The position numbers and the translations under genes were made by a program. A DNA stretch of 64,000 bases from Monocercomonoides exilis PA203. Taxonomy: Eukaryota; Protista; Preaxostyla. The stretch spans positions 62,001-126,000 of the forward strand of contig LSRY02000044.1 in assembly GCA_001643675.2 (NCBI GenBank), read 5' to 3'. The first letter of the stretch is position 1. Each line of letters begins with the position of its first letter. Shown here in pieces: positions 43,901 to 56,455 of the stretch. Under the pieces are notes generated by a model. The model saw only the letters and a list, made by a program, of their open reading frames with translations, was not told the origin of the DNA and made no database searches.

Positions 43901-46900
43901 GTATGAGCTGAGTGTGAGTGTGGACGAGGAGGAGTTCGTCGGGAAGCACAAGCCAGACTCGAAGGACCCGCTCAACCCGAAGGCCAGCAAAGAACACTCG
44001 GCGATGCTGGTACCAGATACGCAGTTGGAGATGCTGAGCGATTGCTACCAGTCTTTTATTGCCTCCATGTTCCAGCCTGTGTCGCACCTGCTGAATGTGG
44101 CGAGGGACAAGCACCCGAAGCAATTGAAGATGATAAAAGAGATCCAGGCGAGCATACCAACACAGGCCACAAAACGCAGCGAGCTGCTCAAGGCAAACTG
44201 CGAAACAAACTGGAAGGAGCTGTTTCCGGCACCTATCCCAAAGTCTTCTTCTTCTTCTTCTTCGAAGAAGAATTCAGTGAGCGAAGCCAGTGCTAGTCTT
44301 GTGGCTGTGCTGTCAGATGTGATGACGCTGATTGAGGAGACGGAGCAAGAAATGAGCTTTGAGCAGGTCAATGCTGAGTGTGAGAAGGAGCTGAAGGCAG
44401 CTGAGAGGGAAGGGTTTCCAAAAGGAACACCAAAAGACATCACAGACAGCAAGACGTGGAGGTACAGGTTTGTGGCGAATGGAGGATTAAGTGCATTGGC
44501 TGCGCTGCTGCTACAGGGATTGGTGGATACAGAATATTTTTCTTCTTCTTCTTCTTCTACCTCTTCATCTGCAGCATCAAAAGTCTCAAAGGTATCAACA
44601 GCGTTGGCTGATCGCTCACAGCAGCAAAGACCTCAGCTTTCTCGCACAATTGTCAGCCATATTCTGAAGATCCTGTTTGCGTTTCTGGTTACAGCAGACA
44701 CACAGAAGGCGGAAGTGAAGACAAAGACGAAGGAGAAGTCAGCTTCTTCATCATCTTCTTCTTCCTCTTCTTCCTCTTCTGCAAGTGCCTTGATCTCAAA
44801 ACTGTCATTGTTTCAGTCCACGCTCCATTTGATGCTCAGCCTTGTTCCAATGTCTGTTTCTTTTTCAGCTGACAGAAAGAGCGAAAGCAAAGGAACAACA
44901 ATAACATCAACAACACCAACAACATCTCCTTCTTCATTTTCTTCTTCTCTCTTTCAGATGGATTCTCTTTTATTTCTGAGGCTGATGCAGCTGTTTGTGT
45001 GCTATGCTGAGTCTGCCTTTGTGGAAACGCCTCTTCTCTCATCGCCTGCAACATTCTCTTCCACTCTCCAGACTCCAAAATTATCCAACAATAAACCATC
45101 TTCCTCTTCTTCCTCTTTCGCTTTCAGCGACCCACGCCCTGGCGCCATCCAGCCACTGAACATCTCTTCCCTCTCTCTGAATGCTGAACTGTGTGTCCCT
45201 CCGCCCGAACTGCGTGTGCCTCGTCTGCTTCTCTTGCTCACTGCTGATTCTGAAGAGGAAATAGATAGAAGAATCAAAGAAGACACTTCATTAAGAGGAT
45301 GGGTCAGAGAGCAGTGCAACGGAATCTTTGCTAATCCCTTACCGTCTGCAGCTTTGGCTAACAGGCAAATGTTGTCTTCGCCTTCATTTGCCTCTTCTCC
45401 TCCTCCTTCTTCTTCTTCTGCAGCTGCTCCTGGTTATTCTTTGGTGAAGAGAACAGATGTTTCATCAACAGCACTCATTGAATCTTATCTGGATGCTGCA
45501 AGAGTTCTTGTCAGCTTCTCTTCAAATGGCTCATCTTCACATTCTGTCTCATCCTCCTCCTCCTTCTCATTATCATCATCTTCTTCCTCCTCTTCCTTGT
45601 CTTCCTCCTTCGGCCATTCCTCTCAGCAGCCCAACTCTGCTTCTACTGAAACTTTTCCTTCTTACTCAGAAAGCGACGAAGAAACACTTCAGCAACTGTT
45701 TGCTTTGCTCATCGTGATGATCCGCTCTTTCTCTTCTTCTGTCCTTCCTCTTCTGCTTTCAAGTGCATTCGAGCCATTTCTCCTTCTCTTCTTCTGCGCT
45801 GTTGCCGATGCGGCTGATGCCATTCAACCGCTTTCTGCTTCATCTTTTCTAAATGCTATTGTTACACTGCCTGTTTCTTGTGTTTCTTCTCTTTCTTCTC
45901 CTTCTCCTCCGACTTCTTCTTCTTCATTCTACAATTCTCTTTACGCTCTTTCACCTTTCAGCCCTCCTTCCACACAGCACGAACCGCTTCTTGTCTCTCT
46001 CCTCTCCTCCTTCCTGGACATCTCCTCTGCCTCCATCGTTCTCGGCAGGCCCTGTTTGCCTCGGGGAATACAGAAGCGCCACGTTGCTGTCTTGTTCTCT
46101 TCGCTCTTTGAGCTGCTGAATTCTGCGCTGAACAACAGCGAAATAAACATGAAGTGGCCAGGGATGATTCCAGCAAGGGTGGCTAAGTCTCTTGGCGCTG
46201 TTATAAAATACCAGGCAGATGTGATTATGGATGTTCCGAGATGTTTGTTGGTGGGAGGTGATGATGATGATGATGATGATGATGATAAGTACATCAATGA
46301 ATTGTCAGGGGCATCATCTTCTTCTTCCTCTACCCCTTCCTCTTCCTCTTCATTGTCTTCCCCGAACACTCTCACAAAGAAGTGCCAGCTGTCTCTTCTG
46401 CCTGTTTCAGTGGCGTTGAAAGTCATTCTGAATGAGCTTTCTCAGCTTCATTGCGCATCCAACCCGACAACAGAAATTAACCTGAGAAAACTGGAAAGAT
46501 GGATCAAAACAGAAGTTGGATTGAAGCTGCCTGAGAAGTCCTTTGGGCTGATGCTCATTGATTATCTGTGGATGGACAAGCTGGTGGCTGGATTCGATGC
46601 TGTTGCTGCTTCAACCGGTGCTTCACCACAAGGAATGGCTGGGAAAGAGATATTGCGCAGTCCCTCTGCTTCTTCTTCTTCTTCTTCTTCATATTTGCCC
46701 TCAAACATTGCACGGTGCGATTCGCAGAGGAAGCTGGCCTCGTCGCATTCACGTAGCAACTCAGAAGTGGAACTCATTCAGAGCCATTTTGTGGCAGACG
46801 AAGAGAGCAGAAAGGCCATTTTGAGTCTGATTGCTGCGCTGTGCAGCGGGAATGAGGCAAACACAGAGCGTCTGCTGCATCTTTTGAACGAGACGCAGAC

Positions 46901-49900
46901 GATGAACGACAAGAACACATACCCGTCTTTCCACTTCACACCCGCTGAGCAGATTGCAAAGTCGCACAAGAAGGAGAAGAATGTTGAGAAAAGTGAAGAG
47001 GTTAAATACAGAGGCATTGTGAATCCAGGCACACTGTGCTACATGAACTCTCTGTTTGTGCAGCTGTTTATGCACACGCAGCTGCGCTCCACGCTTCTTC
47101 TGTGGGAAGGCGAGCAGTTTCAAGGAAGCGCCCTGGAGAAGCTGGCAAGACCTTCACATGCAGATGTGCTGAGTGAGTGGCAGAAGAGCAAAGAAACAAG
47201 CACACGCCCACCAGACGAGCTGGAGGCGAAGATGGCAGAGATGCGGCTGCGCAGCGTGACAGAGGAGGAGAAAGCGCAGAACAGCGCTGTGTGGAGAGCA
47301 GTACGCTATCTCTTCTGGGAGCTGCAGGACAACCCGAACAGGAAGGAGTTCATTGATGCAGAGCAGTTTCTGGAGGTATATCTCGACCAGGACAGGAAGC
47401 AAGTTGTGAATGGCGTGCATTGTGACATCCACGAGTTCTTCATGTGTCTAGTGGACAAGCTGGAGATGCATTTGGATGCAGTGGCAGCTCCAAACTTTGT
47501 CCGGCGCTTTCTGAAGGGTTACACGATGAACCTGCATGTCTGCAGATTCGGGCACGAGCGGTGGCATTCGGATGGCTTCTATGCGCTTGAGGTAGAAGTG
47601 AAAGGGAAGAAGAGCCTGGTGGAATCGTTGACGTCGATGGTGGTTGGGTCGAAGATTGGGAATTACGAATGCGAAGAGTGTGGAAAGTATCACACGGTTG
47701 ATGTGATCAACCGAACAGTTCTGAGAGACCTGCCTAACACACTCATTATTCTCCTCAGGCGCTTTGACTACCAGCCGCTAACGGGGAACAGAGTGAAGAT
47801 CAACGACAAGTTTGAGTTCCCCATTGAGGAGGACTTGGATCTCGAGCCATTTACGTGGGAGGCGATGCAGGTGAGGGAAGAAAAACTGAGCAGTATGAAG
47901 CGGTTTTCCAAAGCTGACACAGCAATCATGTTGGAAAAGTTTGGACGCAAAGAGAATCTGAAGAATCTGCAGGTGCCGCATAACAACGAAAGTAAAGACA
48001 AGCTGCGTCCGGAGAGCTACTACAAATACCGTCTGCAGGGCATCATCAACCACTCGGGGACAGCCAATGCTGGACACTACATCTCATTTGTGCGGGAAAG
48101 AGATGCGCCGCACCAGTGGTACGAGTTCAACGACGACAGAGTTAGGCTGCTCCCTTCTCCTGCCATCGAGACACTAAAAGCAGAGGCCTTTGGCGGGAGC
48201 TTCCTGGACGACACAGCGCTGATTGATCCCGAGATCCTCAAGTATAAGCGCCTGGGCCTGCTGAGCGAGGCAGACACAGTTAAGCCGTACTCTGCATACA
48301 TCCTCATCTACGAGAGGAAGCAGCCTGTGGACGACTGGAGCCTCGAGCGCCAGCTGCTCAGCCAGATTCCACAGACAAAGCTGAAAGAAATGACAAGAGG
48401 AATCCATCTGCCTCCAACTGTATCACAAGCAATTGGCTCTTTTCCTCTTTTTGCAATGCATCCTCCACCGCCCCACCCGTCTCCGCTGAAGATACGTTCT
48501 CCTTTAAATGACGATGCGTTCGCAGATTCTGCCTTGACAGAGCATTCGCCAATGAAATCGTCTTCATATGGGATGAGCAGCGTGGATGAGAGCGTGCTGG
48601 TGAGGCAGCTGGGCATTGTGAGAGACAGGCAGATCTTCTCAAACATATTCTTTGCGTTTGTGAGAAGGCTGTTTGAGCAGTTTGGATGCGAGCAATACGC
48701 TGAAGAAGAGGAAGCAGCAACAGCAGCCACTAACACAAGATCATCGTCAACTGCTGCTTCATCTGCAACACCTGCCTCATCTTTGATTAAAACGAAACTT
48801 GCTGGCAAAAGCTCATCATCCTCATCCTCATCTGCCTCAGCTTCTCTGGCTATGCGTGTTCTGAACGTGCCAAAGGCAGATCCGACCTTTTCTCGCGACT
48901 TTATGTTTTTCTGGGTGCGTTTTTTGCTTCACACCTTCTCCCATTCAGTGCATCATGCACTATTTGTGCGGTGGAGTGTGGAGTTGGAGCAGATTCTTGT
49001 CCGCTCGCCAGATTTGTCGTTCAAACTGATCAAGCACATCACAACTGAGTTGCTCAGCGGAGAAGCAAAAGAACGGGACGCCTGCCTTGCCCGGAAGCAA
49101 AACCAGAGGAGCTCAACTGCATCCACCGCAGTGTATGCGATGACTGCTGCAGAGCTGAACAACCTGGGTGCTGAAGACATTGCAGGTGCGCCGTCGATTG
49201 CGAAGGCCTTTCTCTTCCGCTGCGAAGACACGCAGCTGCGCCTGTGCTTCTTCCGCGTGCTCCTCTGCGCCCTTTCTGCTGTTCTGAAGTCAGTCTCAGT
49301 GTATTTGTCCAAAGCAGACGCCTCTCTGTCACAGCAGCACCTCTCCATTCTACTCCAGCAGCTCTTCTTCTTCTTCACATCGCTGCTCGATCTTCTGCCT
49401 GCCAAGCAGAAGAAAGCCATCCAATTCGTCCCTCTGTTCGCCTTCCTGCGCGATGCTTGCTTTCTGTCTCCTGTTTGCTCTTGGCTGCTCCTCCTCGCCA
49501 ATTACCCTCAGCGCTGCCAAGACTTTCTTTCTCCTTCTCTGTCAAAGCAGTCGGGAAAGTGGACATTTGCAGTGAAGTCGCTGTATTCTCTTGCTCCTCT
49601 GGATGGTAACAGTGCTTGTCAGGATGAGCTGCCTCCTGCTCCACGTGAAGCAGCAATGGCGTTGCTGATCTCTCTCATTTCTTGTCTGTATAATGCCCCT
49701 TCACCGTCTGCGTCTGCTTCTCGTTCTATTCTAATGATTTTGAAAGGAACGAAGCCGACCCCTCTTTTTGCTTCAGATTCATCCTTTTCCTCAATTTCGC
49801 TTCCTTCTAATCCAATTTTACCAGAAGATGCATTTAATTCGATCATTTCGCAATCATTTTGCGATGTTCTTCTTTCTTCGACAAAAGCTCCCAGCCACGT

Positions 49901-52557
49901 TGCTTCCCTTTGTTCTCTTGCTCTGTCTTGTTTTTATTCCATTCGTCCCGATGTTGCTGAGCATAAGTCATATCTTTTGCTTTTGGAGAAGTATTTGACA
50001 CAGATTGGGATTAACTGGCTGCTCCTCAAGCCAGAAGAGTTGCTGTGCACACAAAGCAGAGAGATGAATGAGAAGTGGATGGAGGTGTATTTATCTGTTG
50101 TTACATGCACAGTTACATTAGCATCTTCTTCATCATCATCTTCATCATCATCTTCTTCTTCTTCTTCACGTGAACAAAATGTCAAAAGCAGACTTCTGCC
50201 GTGCTGTCTGATATCACTTGCTCATTTTCTGAGTTATCTCTTAAGCAGTTTATCTCAGACTCCTTCATCTGCTTCATCTGCTTCATCTGCTTCATCTGCT
50301 TCATCTGCTTCATCTGCTTCATCATCATCATCACATGTTTATTCTTCTTGTGTCGCCTTCCTCTTTGCCCTGTCGCACCACGTGCGCAAAAGCGACGAAT
50401 TAGCCGAAGCCATCTGCTGCGACAGAGACATCACTGAACCTTTACTGCAGCTGCTGATGCACTCACCACACGCTCTTGTGCGCGATGCCGTGGCGAGGGT
50501 GTTCCGGCTGGCTCTTCTGGAGACGAGGGAGGAGCGGGTGATGGATCCGAAGTTTGCAGAGTTCACAGGCACGCGAATATCTCCTGAGGCTGTCTTGTTG
50601 ATCAATGCACGGTTTTCCCACTCGCCTCTGCTGATTGTGTCGAGTGATCCGTCTGACCAAGGGCTGGAGATGGGTGAACCGCTCATCACTTTCACGAACT
50701 TTGCATTATCGACACCGAATTCAGCTGTGACAGCTGATTCATCATCATCATCATCTGCTTCTGCTTCTTCTGCACAATCACATTCCTCTCAGCAGTCAAT
50801 CGAGATCGAGTACATCAGATCCTTCTCATTCAATATGTCTGCCCAGTGTTGTGGAGCCAGTCCCATCTGGCAGAGTGAGCTTCTCAGCATCGACGGCTTC
50901 CCCTCTTCTTCCTCTTCCACCTCCTCATCATTATCATCAACAGCTGCATATCCAACATTCCACTCAGAACACGTGTCTGTTCTCCAGTTCCCTCATGACC
51001 TGGTGCCGTGCATATCTCTTGCAACAGTCCTTCCTCCGCCAGCCAACTCTGCCACTTCTGATTTGTTTGCCTCGCTCGCCTCAGACAATCTGCAGAACGT
51101 GATTCTGAACGAGTTTTATGCGGAAGCGTTTTTGAAGGTGTTTACTGGGTGTGTTGTGGATGAAAGTGTTAAGTTTCTGGCAAAACAGAATGCGAACAGC
51201 GTCATCTTTGAAGGAATGGCTCATTTGCTCGTTTGGATTGTCAACTGCATTGCAATCAACCAGACTAATTTGCCAGACACTTCTTTGGCTCTTTCTTGTA
51301 CTTCTTCTTCTGCTTCTGCTTCTTCTTCCTCTTCTTCCTCTTCTTCCTCTTCTTCTTCTACAAATCCTCTTGTTTCTGATAGTTTCTGCAATGCATTGGC
51401 AACAAGCCTTGTTCGGCTGCTTGAAATTAACAATTCTTTTTCTTTTTCTTTTTCTTCTTCTTTTTCTTCTTCTTCTTCTTCTTCTTCTTCTTCTTCTTCT
51501 TTGGATGCAGTGGAAGGCCTGATGGATGGATTGAGTGTGTTGTCCCACTCTTCTCCAGTGTTTGCTAAGAAAATAGCTGTCTATTTATCTGCCAAGCAAA
51601 AAAGAAGTCTTTATTCGGATCTTTCGTCCACTTCTTCTTCTTCTTCCTCTTCTTCTTATTCAGTTCCTCTCAGCGCATTCAAGCATTGTGTGGAATCTAC
51701 ACATATACATACAGAAGAATTCCCAAAGAGAAAAGAGTATTTTGCAAGGCAAAAATGCAACATCGATTCGATGCTTCTTCTGTTTTATGAATGCAGCTCA
51801 GCTTATCCACTTTTCATTCGCGCATTACACGAAGCTAATCTTCTCTGCCCGCTTTTGCACAACCTCATCTTCTTCTTCAACGACCTGCCAAATGTGCCAA
51901 CGCAGTCACTCGTCCTCGCTTTCATCAGCATTACCGTGTCTTCTTTTCCTCAGGCTGCTGTTGCTGTGCTTGATGCGCTATTTTGGAGCGATGGCAAGTT
52001 GAAAGCCTCAAACGAAATGGTAGCAATGAGAATTATTGCTGACTCATTCTTCCCAATTGTGAAGCATCCGTCTGATTTGGCTCAGCAATCATCACCATCA
52101 TCATCATTTTCTTCTTCTTCTTCTTCTTCTTCTTCCTCTTCCTCTTCTTCCTCTTCTCCAACAGAAAGCACAGCCAAATCCTTCTCAGCCTCTCTGTCTT
52201 CAACATCATCTTATGTTTCTATCTTTGCATCGTCACACTTCTTCTTGTATTCGCTCAGCGCTCCATTCAACTTAGAGTCACGCAGGCTTCTCCCACGCGA
52301 CGTGAATAGCAATCCGATTTTGGCTGATTCTGCCCTCTTTTCAGCCAACTTCTTTTCGCTCCGCACAACTTCTCAGAAGAGCTATGGCAATTTTGAGACA
52401 ATCGATGCAAAAAGGCGAGGAGAAACTGATATTCACGAAATGCAGGCATTTTTAGTGAAGTTGTTTGTAGACTGCGTTTTGAGTGATGCGAAGGAAAAAC
52501 AGAAGATGGAGATTCAAGAGCAACAGATAATGAAAGAGTTGCAGCGTTCATCTCAAG

Positions 52558-52592
<35 letters not shown>

Positions 52593-54815
52593 TCCTCCTC
52601 TTCCTCCTCTTCCTTCTCTTCTGCTCATTCACTTGAGACAGAAAATTCCAAAGGAAGTTTTCATTTATCAGCTTTAACACAACTTCTGTTTGATGCTGTT
52701 GACGCGGTGTGCTGCAGAATGAGGATGGGAATGCAAAAAAGAGAAGACCAGTCAATATTTTTCACTTTCCAAAAAATGCAACAACAAATTCTTCCAGAAA
52801 ACCAGTTGGATCAAACGAAGTCAAATGCATCATCATCATTGACTTCTTCTTCTCTTTCTTCTCCTCCTTCTCCGTTGGATCTTTCAACAGAAGGCACCAA
52901 CTACATCTTTGATCAGAATCATTTGCTGCTTCTCCCCATCAGCCAAATACGCTCATTGATTTCTGCTGCCAGCATGTTAACTTCCTCCTCTTATCCCTTG
53001 CGCCTTCGTTCAGCTGCCCTTCGCCTCGTCTCTTCTGCTCTGATGGTGACAGCAGAAGTGTGTGAAGAATACACTTACGATTCGATTCCACTCAATGCGC
53101 TGCTTGTGAATGCTCTTCTGTGTGCAATCGAGAAGGCTTATTTGACTGATGGCAAAGAGGAGAAAGAGGCCACTAAATCATCATCAAGCACATCATCATT
53201 TAAGACAACAGCATCTTCAAAGCCTGCTTTGTTCAGCAATGGAGAAGCCTTTGCCTGCACAGCCACGAAAGAGGAGATGAGCAATTTGGCTGATTTCTCT
53301 TTGTTTTCGCGCAGCCTTCGCCTTCTGCTTGTCCTCTCCGTCGTTTCCTCAGCAGGCACGCTGGAGAGATTGAAATATCCGAAGCCATTTGCCTGCACTT
53401 TGCCTGATATTTCCTGCAAGCAAATTCTCATTCAACCAGAAAGGGAGTTTGTGAGCCATTCTCAGCTGTGTGTGATGTGCAAGCGGGTGCTGGCGCTGAC
53501 TGAGATTGCGCTGCTGCATCATTTGAGCGGAGGATGTGAGAAGTCTGAAACAGAACTTATCAGTCCAACAAAGCAGATTCCTGCGCTCTGCTTTTCTAGC
53601 TGCTCGTCGGCTCTTTTGCGGATGGAAGGGGCTGTGTCTTCGAGTGAAATGCGATCTTCAAATGAACTTGGGCCGACTTTGAGCAATCTGCTGACATCCT
53701 TTTCTGTTCTAAACGGCATCTGCAGAAACGAAGCACTTAGAATTTATTCGAAGTCGAAAGGCGACAAGCCAGCCAGTGTGTTTTTCACCTCTTTTGCTCA
53801 GAATGCGCTTCGTGAGTGTCCGGAGGTGCTGTTCTTGATGTTTGGCCAGCCGCTTCCAGCTGAGAAGGAGTGGGAAAATGTGGTGTTGAATTCGAAAGAG
53901 ACAAGCTTTACGCAATTCCTGTGGGAAGAGGATGTGGTTGTGATGCAGTCAGCCCTCCAGCTCATCCAGACAAGTGCCGGCAATCCTCTGCTTGTTCGGC
54001 CAGGCGATCGGACGCCCCAGCACAACCAGCTCGTTTTGGCTGTTATTTCACTGGGGCTTTTCCCGTTCCACATTCAACCGTTTTGTGATATGCTTTTGGG
54101 ACAAAAGAAAGCATTTTTGAAGATTGCGGAGATTTTGAGGCAAGTTCCGCTGTTGCAGATGGAAAAAGCGAATTTGGAAGTTATTTTGAGTGTTGTCACA
54201 GGAAGTGCAATAACTTTAAGCAATTATCAAACATCAAGGCAACTTGCGAGCTCGCCTTCAAGCAGTGCAAAAGCGCATTCAACTCAATTATCAAGAAATC
54301 CTTCTTTGTCATCATCATCATCATCTTCTTCTTCTCATTCATCTTCAACCTCTTCTTCTTCTTCTTCTTCTTCTTCTCATTCATCATCATCATCATCTTC
54401 TTCTTCTTCTCAACCACGCCATATATCACGTCCACCATCGTCTTCTTCTCCATCTTCCTCAATTTCTCATCCTTATCAATCTTCCTCAATTTCTCGTCCT
54501 TCTCCATCAGCAGCACCTGATCGACCAAGTCACAAACCAGCTCTCAATCCATCGACTCTTCCTTCCGCTGTGTCGAAAGTGGGAACCAGAAGCCCCGAAA
54601 AAGCTACGTCTTTATCTGGCACACCCCGAATTTCTAGTCAAACGCCAAAGGCAACAACATCAGAAGCATATGGAACTCGAAATGCAGGTGGACTTTCAAC
54701 GCAGCTGCGACCTCCGTCATACGAAATTAAATCAAAATATCAAACTAAACACAGCACTGGCTCAACTTCTTTAAGTTCAAATTATTCAAAATTTTCTGCA
54801 CCTACAAGGAAATAA
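40947..54815 (+). CDS. Giant ubiquitin-specific protease (peptidase C19, USP9/24/34-like), about 4,620 aa, poly-Ser rich
   Basis: Cys box GIVNPGTLCYMNSLFVQLF (about 47013), DIHEFF, LPNTLIILLRRFDY, KINDKFEFP, His box YRLQGIINHSGTANAGHYISFVR (about 48030), WYEFNDDRV, SAYILIYER. Upstream WRYRFVANGGLSAL motif. Start codon is uncertain; the frame is open from 40842. Confidence 0.92.
50263..50320 (+). repeat. 9-bp coding tandem repeat (TTCATCTGC)x6 encoding (SSA)n
   Basis: Directly visible inside the USP gene. Confidence 0.85.
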
Positions 54816-55222
54816 TTTTTAATATTGTGGTTATTATAATTTAATTTTTTTTTAAGCGTTATTTTGTTTTGTATTTTATTCTGAATGATCGTTAATTTTT
54901 GGTTTTTGTTGAAATTTTTTTTTAAAGAAAAAATTAGAAGAAAATAATTTATTTTAAGCGTTTTCTTTTCAATGTTTGGCAGTGCATTATTTTTTTGTCT
55001 GCATTTTTTCGAAAATTTTTTACTGTTTTAATTGAGCACATTTAATGTTTTGCAAAATTGAATGTCTCTCACACTAATAATTTAATTCCCAGATAAAATC
55101 AAATATTTATTTGAATATGTCTCTTGCATTTTGTAAAAATAAGGATGTATTTATCCAAAAACAATTGAATGAACTCTGAAATGGCTCATACATATAAATG
55201 GAAAAAAAATAAACAGTTGAGC

Positions 55223-56146
55223 TTAGCAGCATCCACCGCATCCGCCCCATCCAAGGTTAGATGATCTGCAGCCTCCAGCTCCACCGCAGCATCCGCGGGA
55301 GTTGGTGTTGATGCCTGCAGCATTGTTGTAGCAGTTGTTGGCATTTCCGCATGCGCGGTTTCCGGCGATCTGGTTGGACCCAGCGCACATGTTGGCGCGC
55401 CCAACATCGTAGCAGTTGTTTCCTGAAACGCAGGCATCGTTGCAGCGACGGACCATGAATTCATCAGCACATTTCTGGGCAAAGGCGCGATCTCCATGGG
55501 CACGGCAAGCATCAGCGTTCATGCGAGCACCGTTTGCCGATCCACAAACTGCACCCTGGTTGTATCCACAGTTGTTGTTTCCAGCACCATAGCAGTTAGC
55601 GTTGTTTCCGTTGGCATATCCTGCTCCGTGTCCTCCTTGAACAGATGATGTTTGGCCATACATGCGTGGAGCTTGGCACACATTTCCACAGTTGCCAAAG
55701 CCACCTCCCATTCCGTTGAATCCGCAGTTTCCGAGTCCGCCGAATCCTCCGAATCCGCAGTTGTTGCATCCTCCGAACATTGGACCAAATCCACCGCAGG
55801 CACCCATTCCGCATGGAGATCCGCAGGCGCACAATTCATAGCAGCATCCGTCTGGGTAGCAGCTTGATCCACAGCACATTTCCTCCATATCATCATCGGA
55901 CAATTCAGATCCAGACAAGAATCCCATTCCGCCATATCCTAATCCGCCATAACCCATTCCACCGTAGCCCATACCTCCATAGCCCATTCCACCATAACCC
56001 ATTCCGCCATATCCCATTCCACCGTAGCCCATTCCTCCGTAGCCCATTCCGCCATAGCCCATTCCTCCCATTCCTAATCCACCGAGTCCGCCCCAGAATT
56101 GAGCAGTCAATGCAGCAAGTGAAAGAAGTCCAACAAAGAATTTCAT
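55223..56146 (-). CDS. Secreted Gly/Tyr/Met-repeat, Cys/Asn-rich structural protein (candidate cyst-wall or coat protein), 307 aa
   Basis: Signal peptide MKFFVGLLSLAALTA; ten GG(M/L)G(Y/F) pentapeptides; acidic linker SELSDDDMEEM; Cys/Gly/Asn-rich body ending GGCGGCC. GC-rich, intronless ORF between AT-rich flanks. Confidence 0.85.
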   Translation of the reverse strand: MKFFVGLLSLAALTAQFWGGLGGLGMGGMGYGGMGYGGMGYGGMGYGGMGYGGMGYGGMGYGGMGYGGLGYGGMGFLSGSELSDDDMEEMCCGSSCYPDGCCYELCACGSPCGMGACGGFGPMFGGCNNCGFGGFGGLGNCGFNGMGGGFGNCGNVCQAPRMYGQTSSVQGGHGAGYANGNNANCYGAGNNNCGYNQGAVCGSANGARMNADACRAHGDRAFAQKCADEFMVRRCNDACVSGNNCYDVGRANMCAGSNQIAGNRACGNANNCYNNAAGINTNSRGCCGGAGGCRSSNLGWGGCGGCC

Positions 56147-56455
56147 TGTTTGTAAATGCTTTTAAATGTCAACGACAAACAAAACACGAAGGCCCATCAG
56201 CAATTAAACATATTTAAACGCATAACCCTCGTCAAATTTACAACTGCAAAAATCATATCAAAAACTTTAAATAATCGTTTTTGTAAATTTGTTATTTAAT
56301 GGATCAAAAATAAAAAAGAATGACGTTTGAATCGAAAATAATTATCAACAGATGAATGAAAAAAGGAGGTCCAATAATAATTAAAAGAAACTATTCGAAG
56401 ATAAAAAGATGTTAATAAAGTTATGGGTTTTAATTAGCATTTTAGTTTTTTTGCA

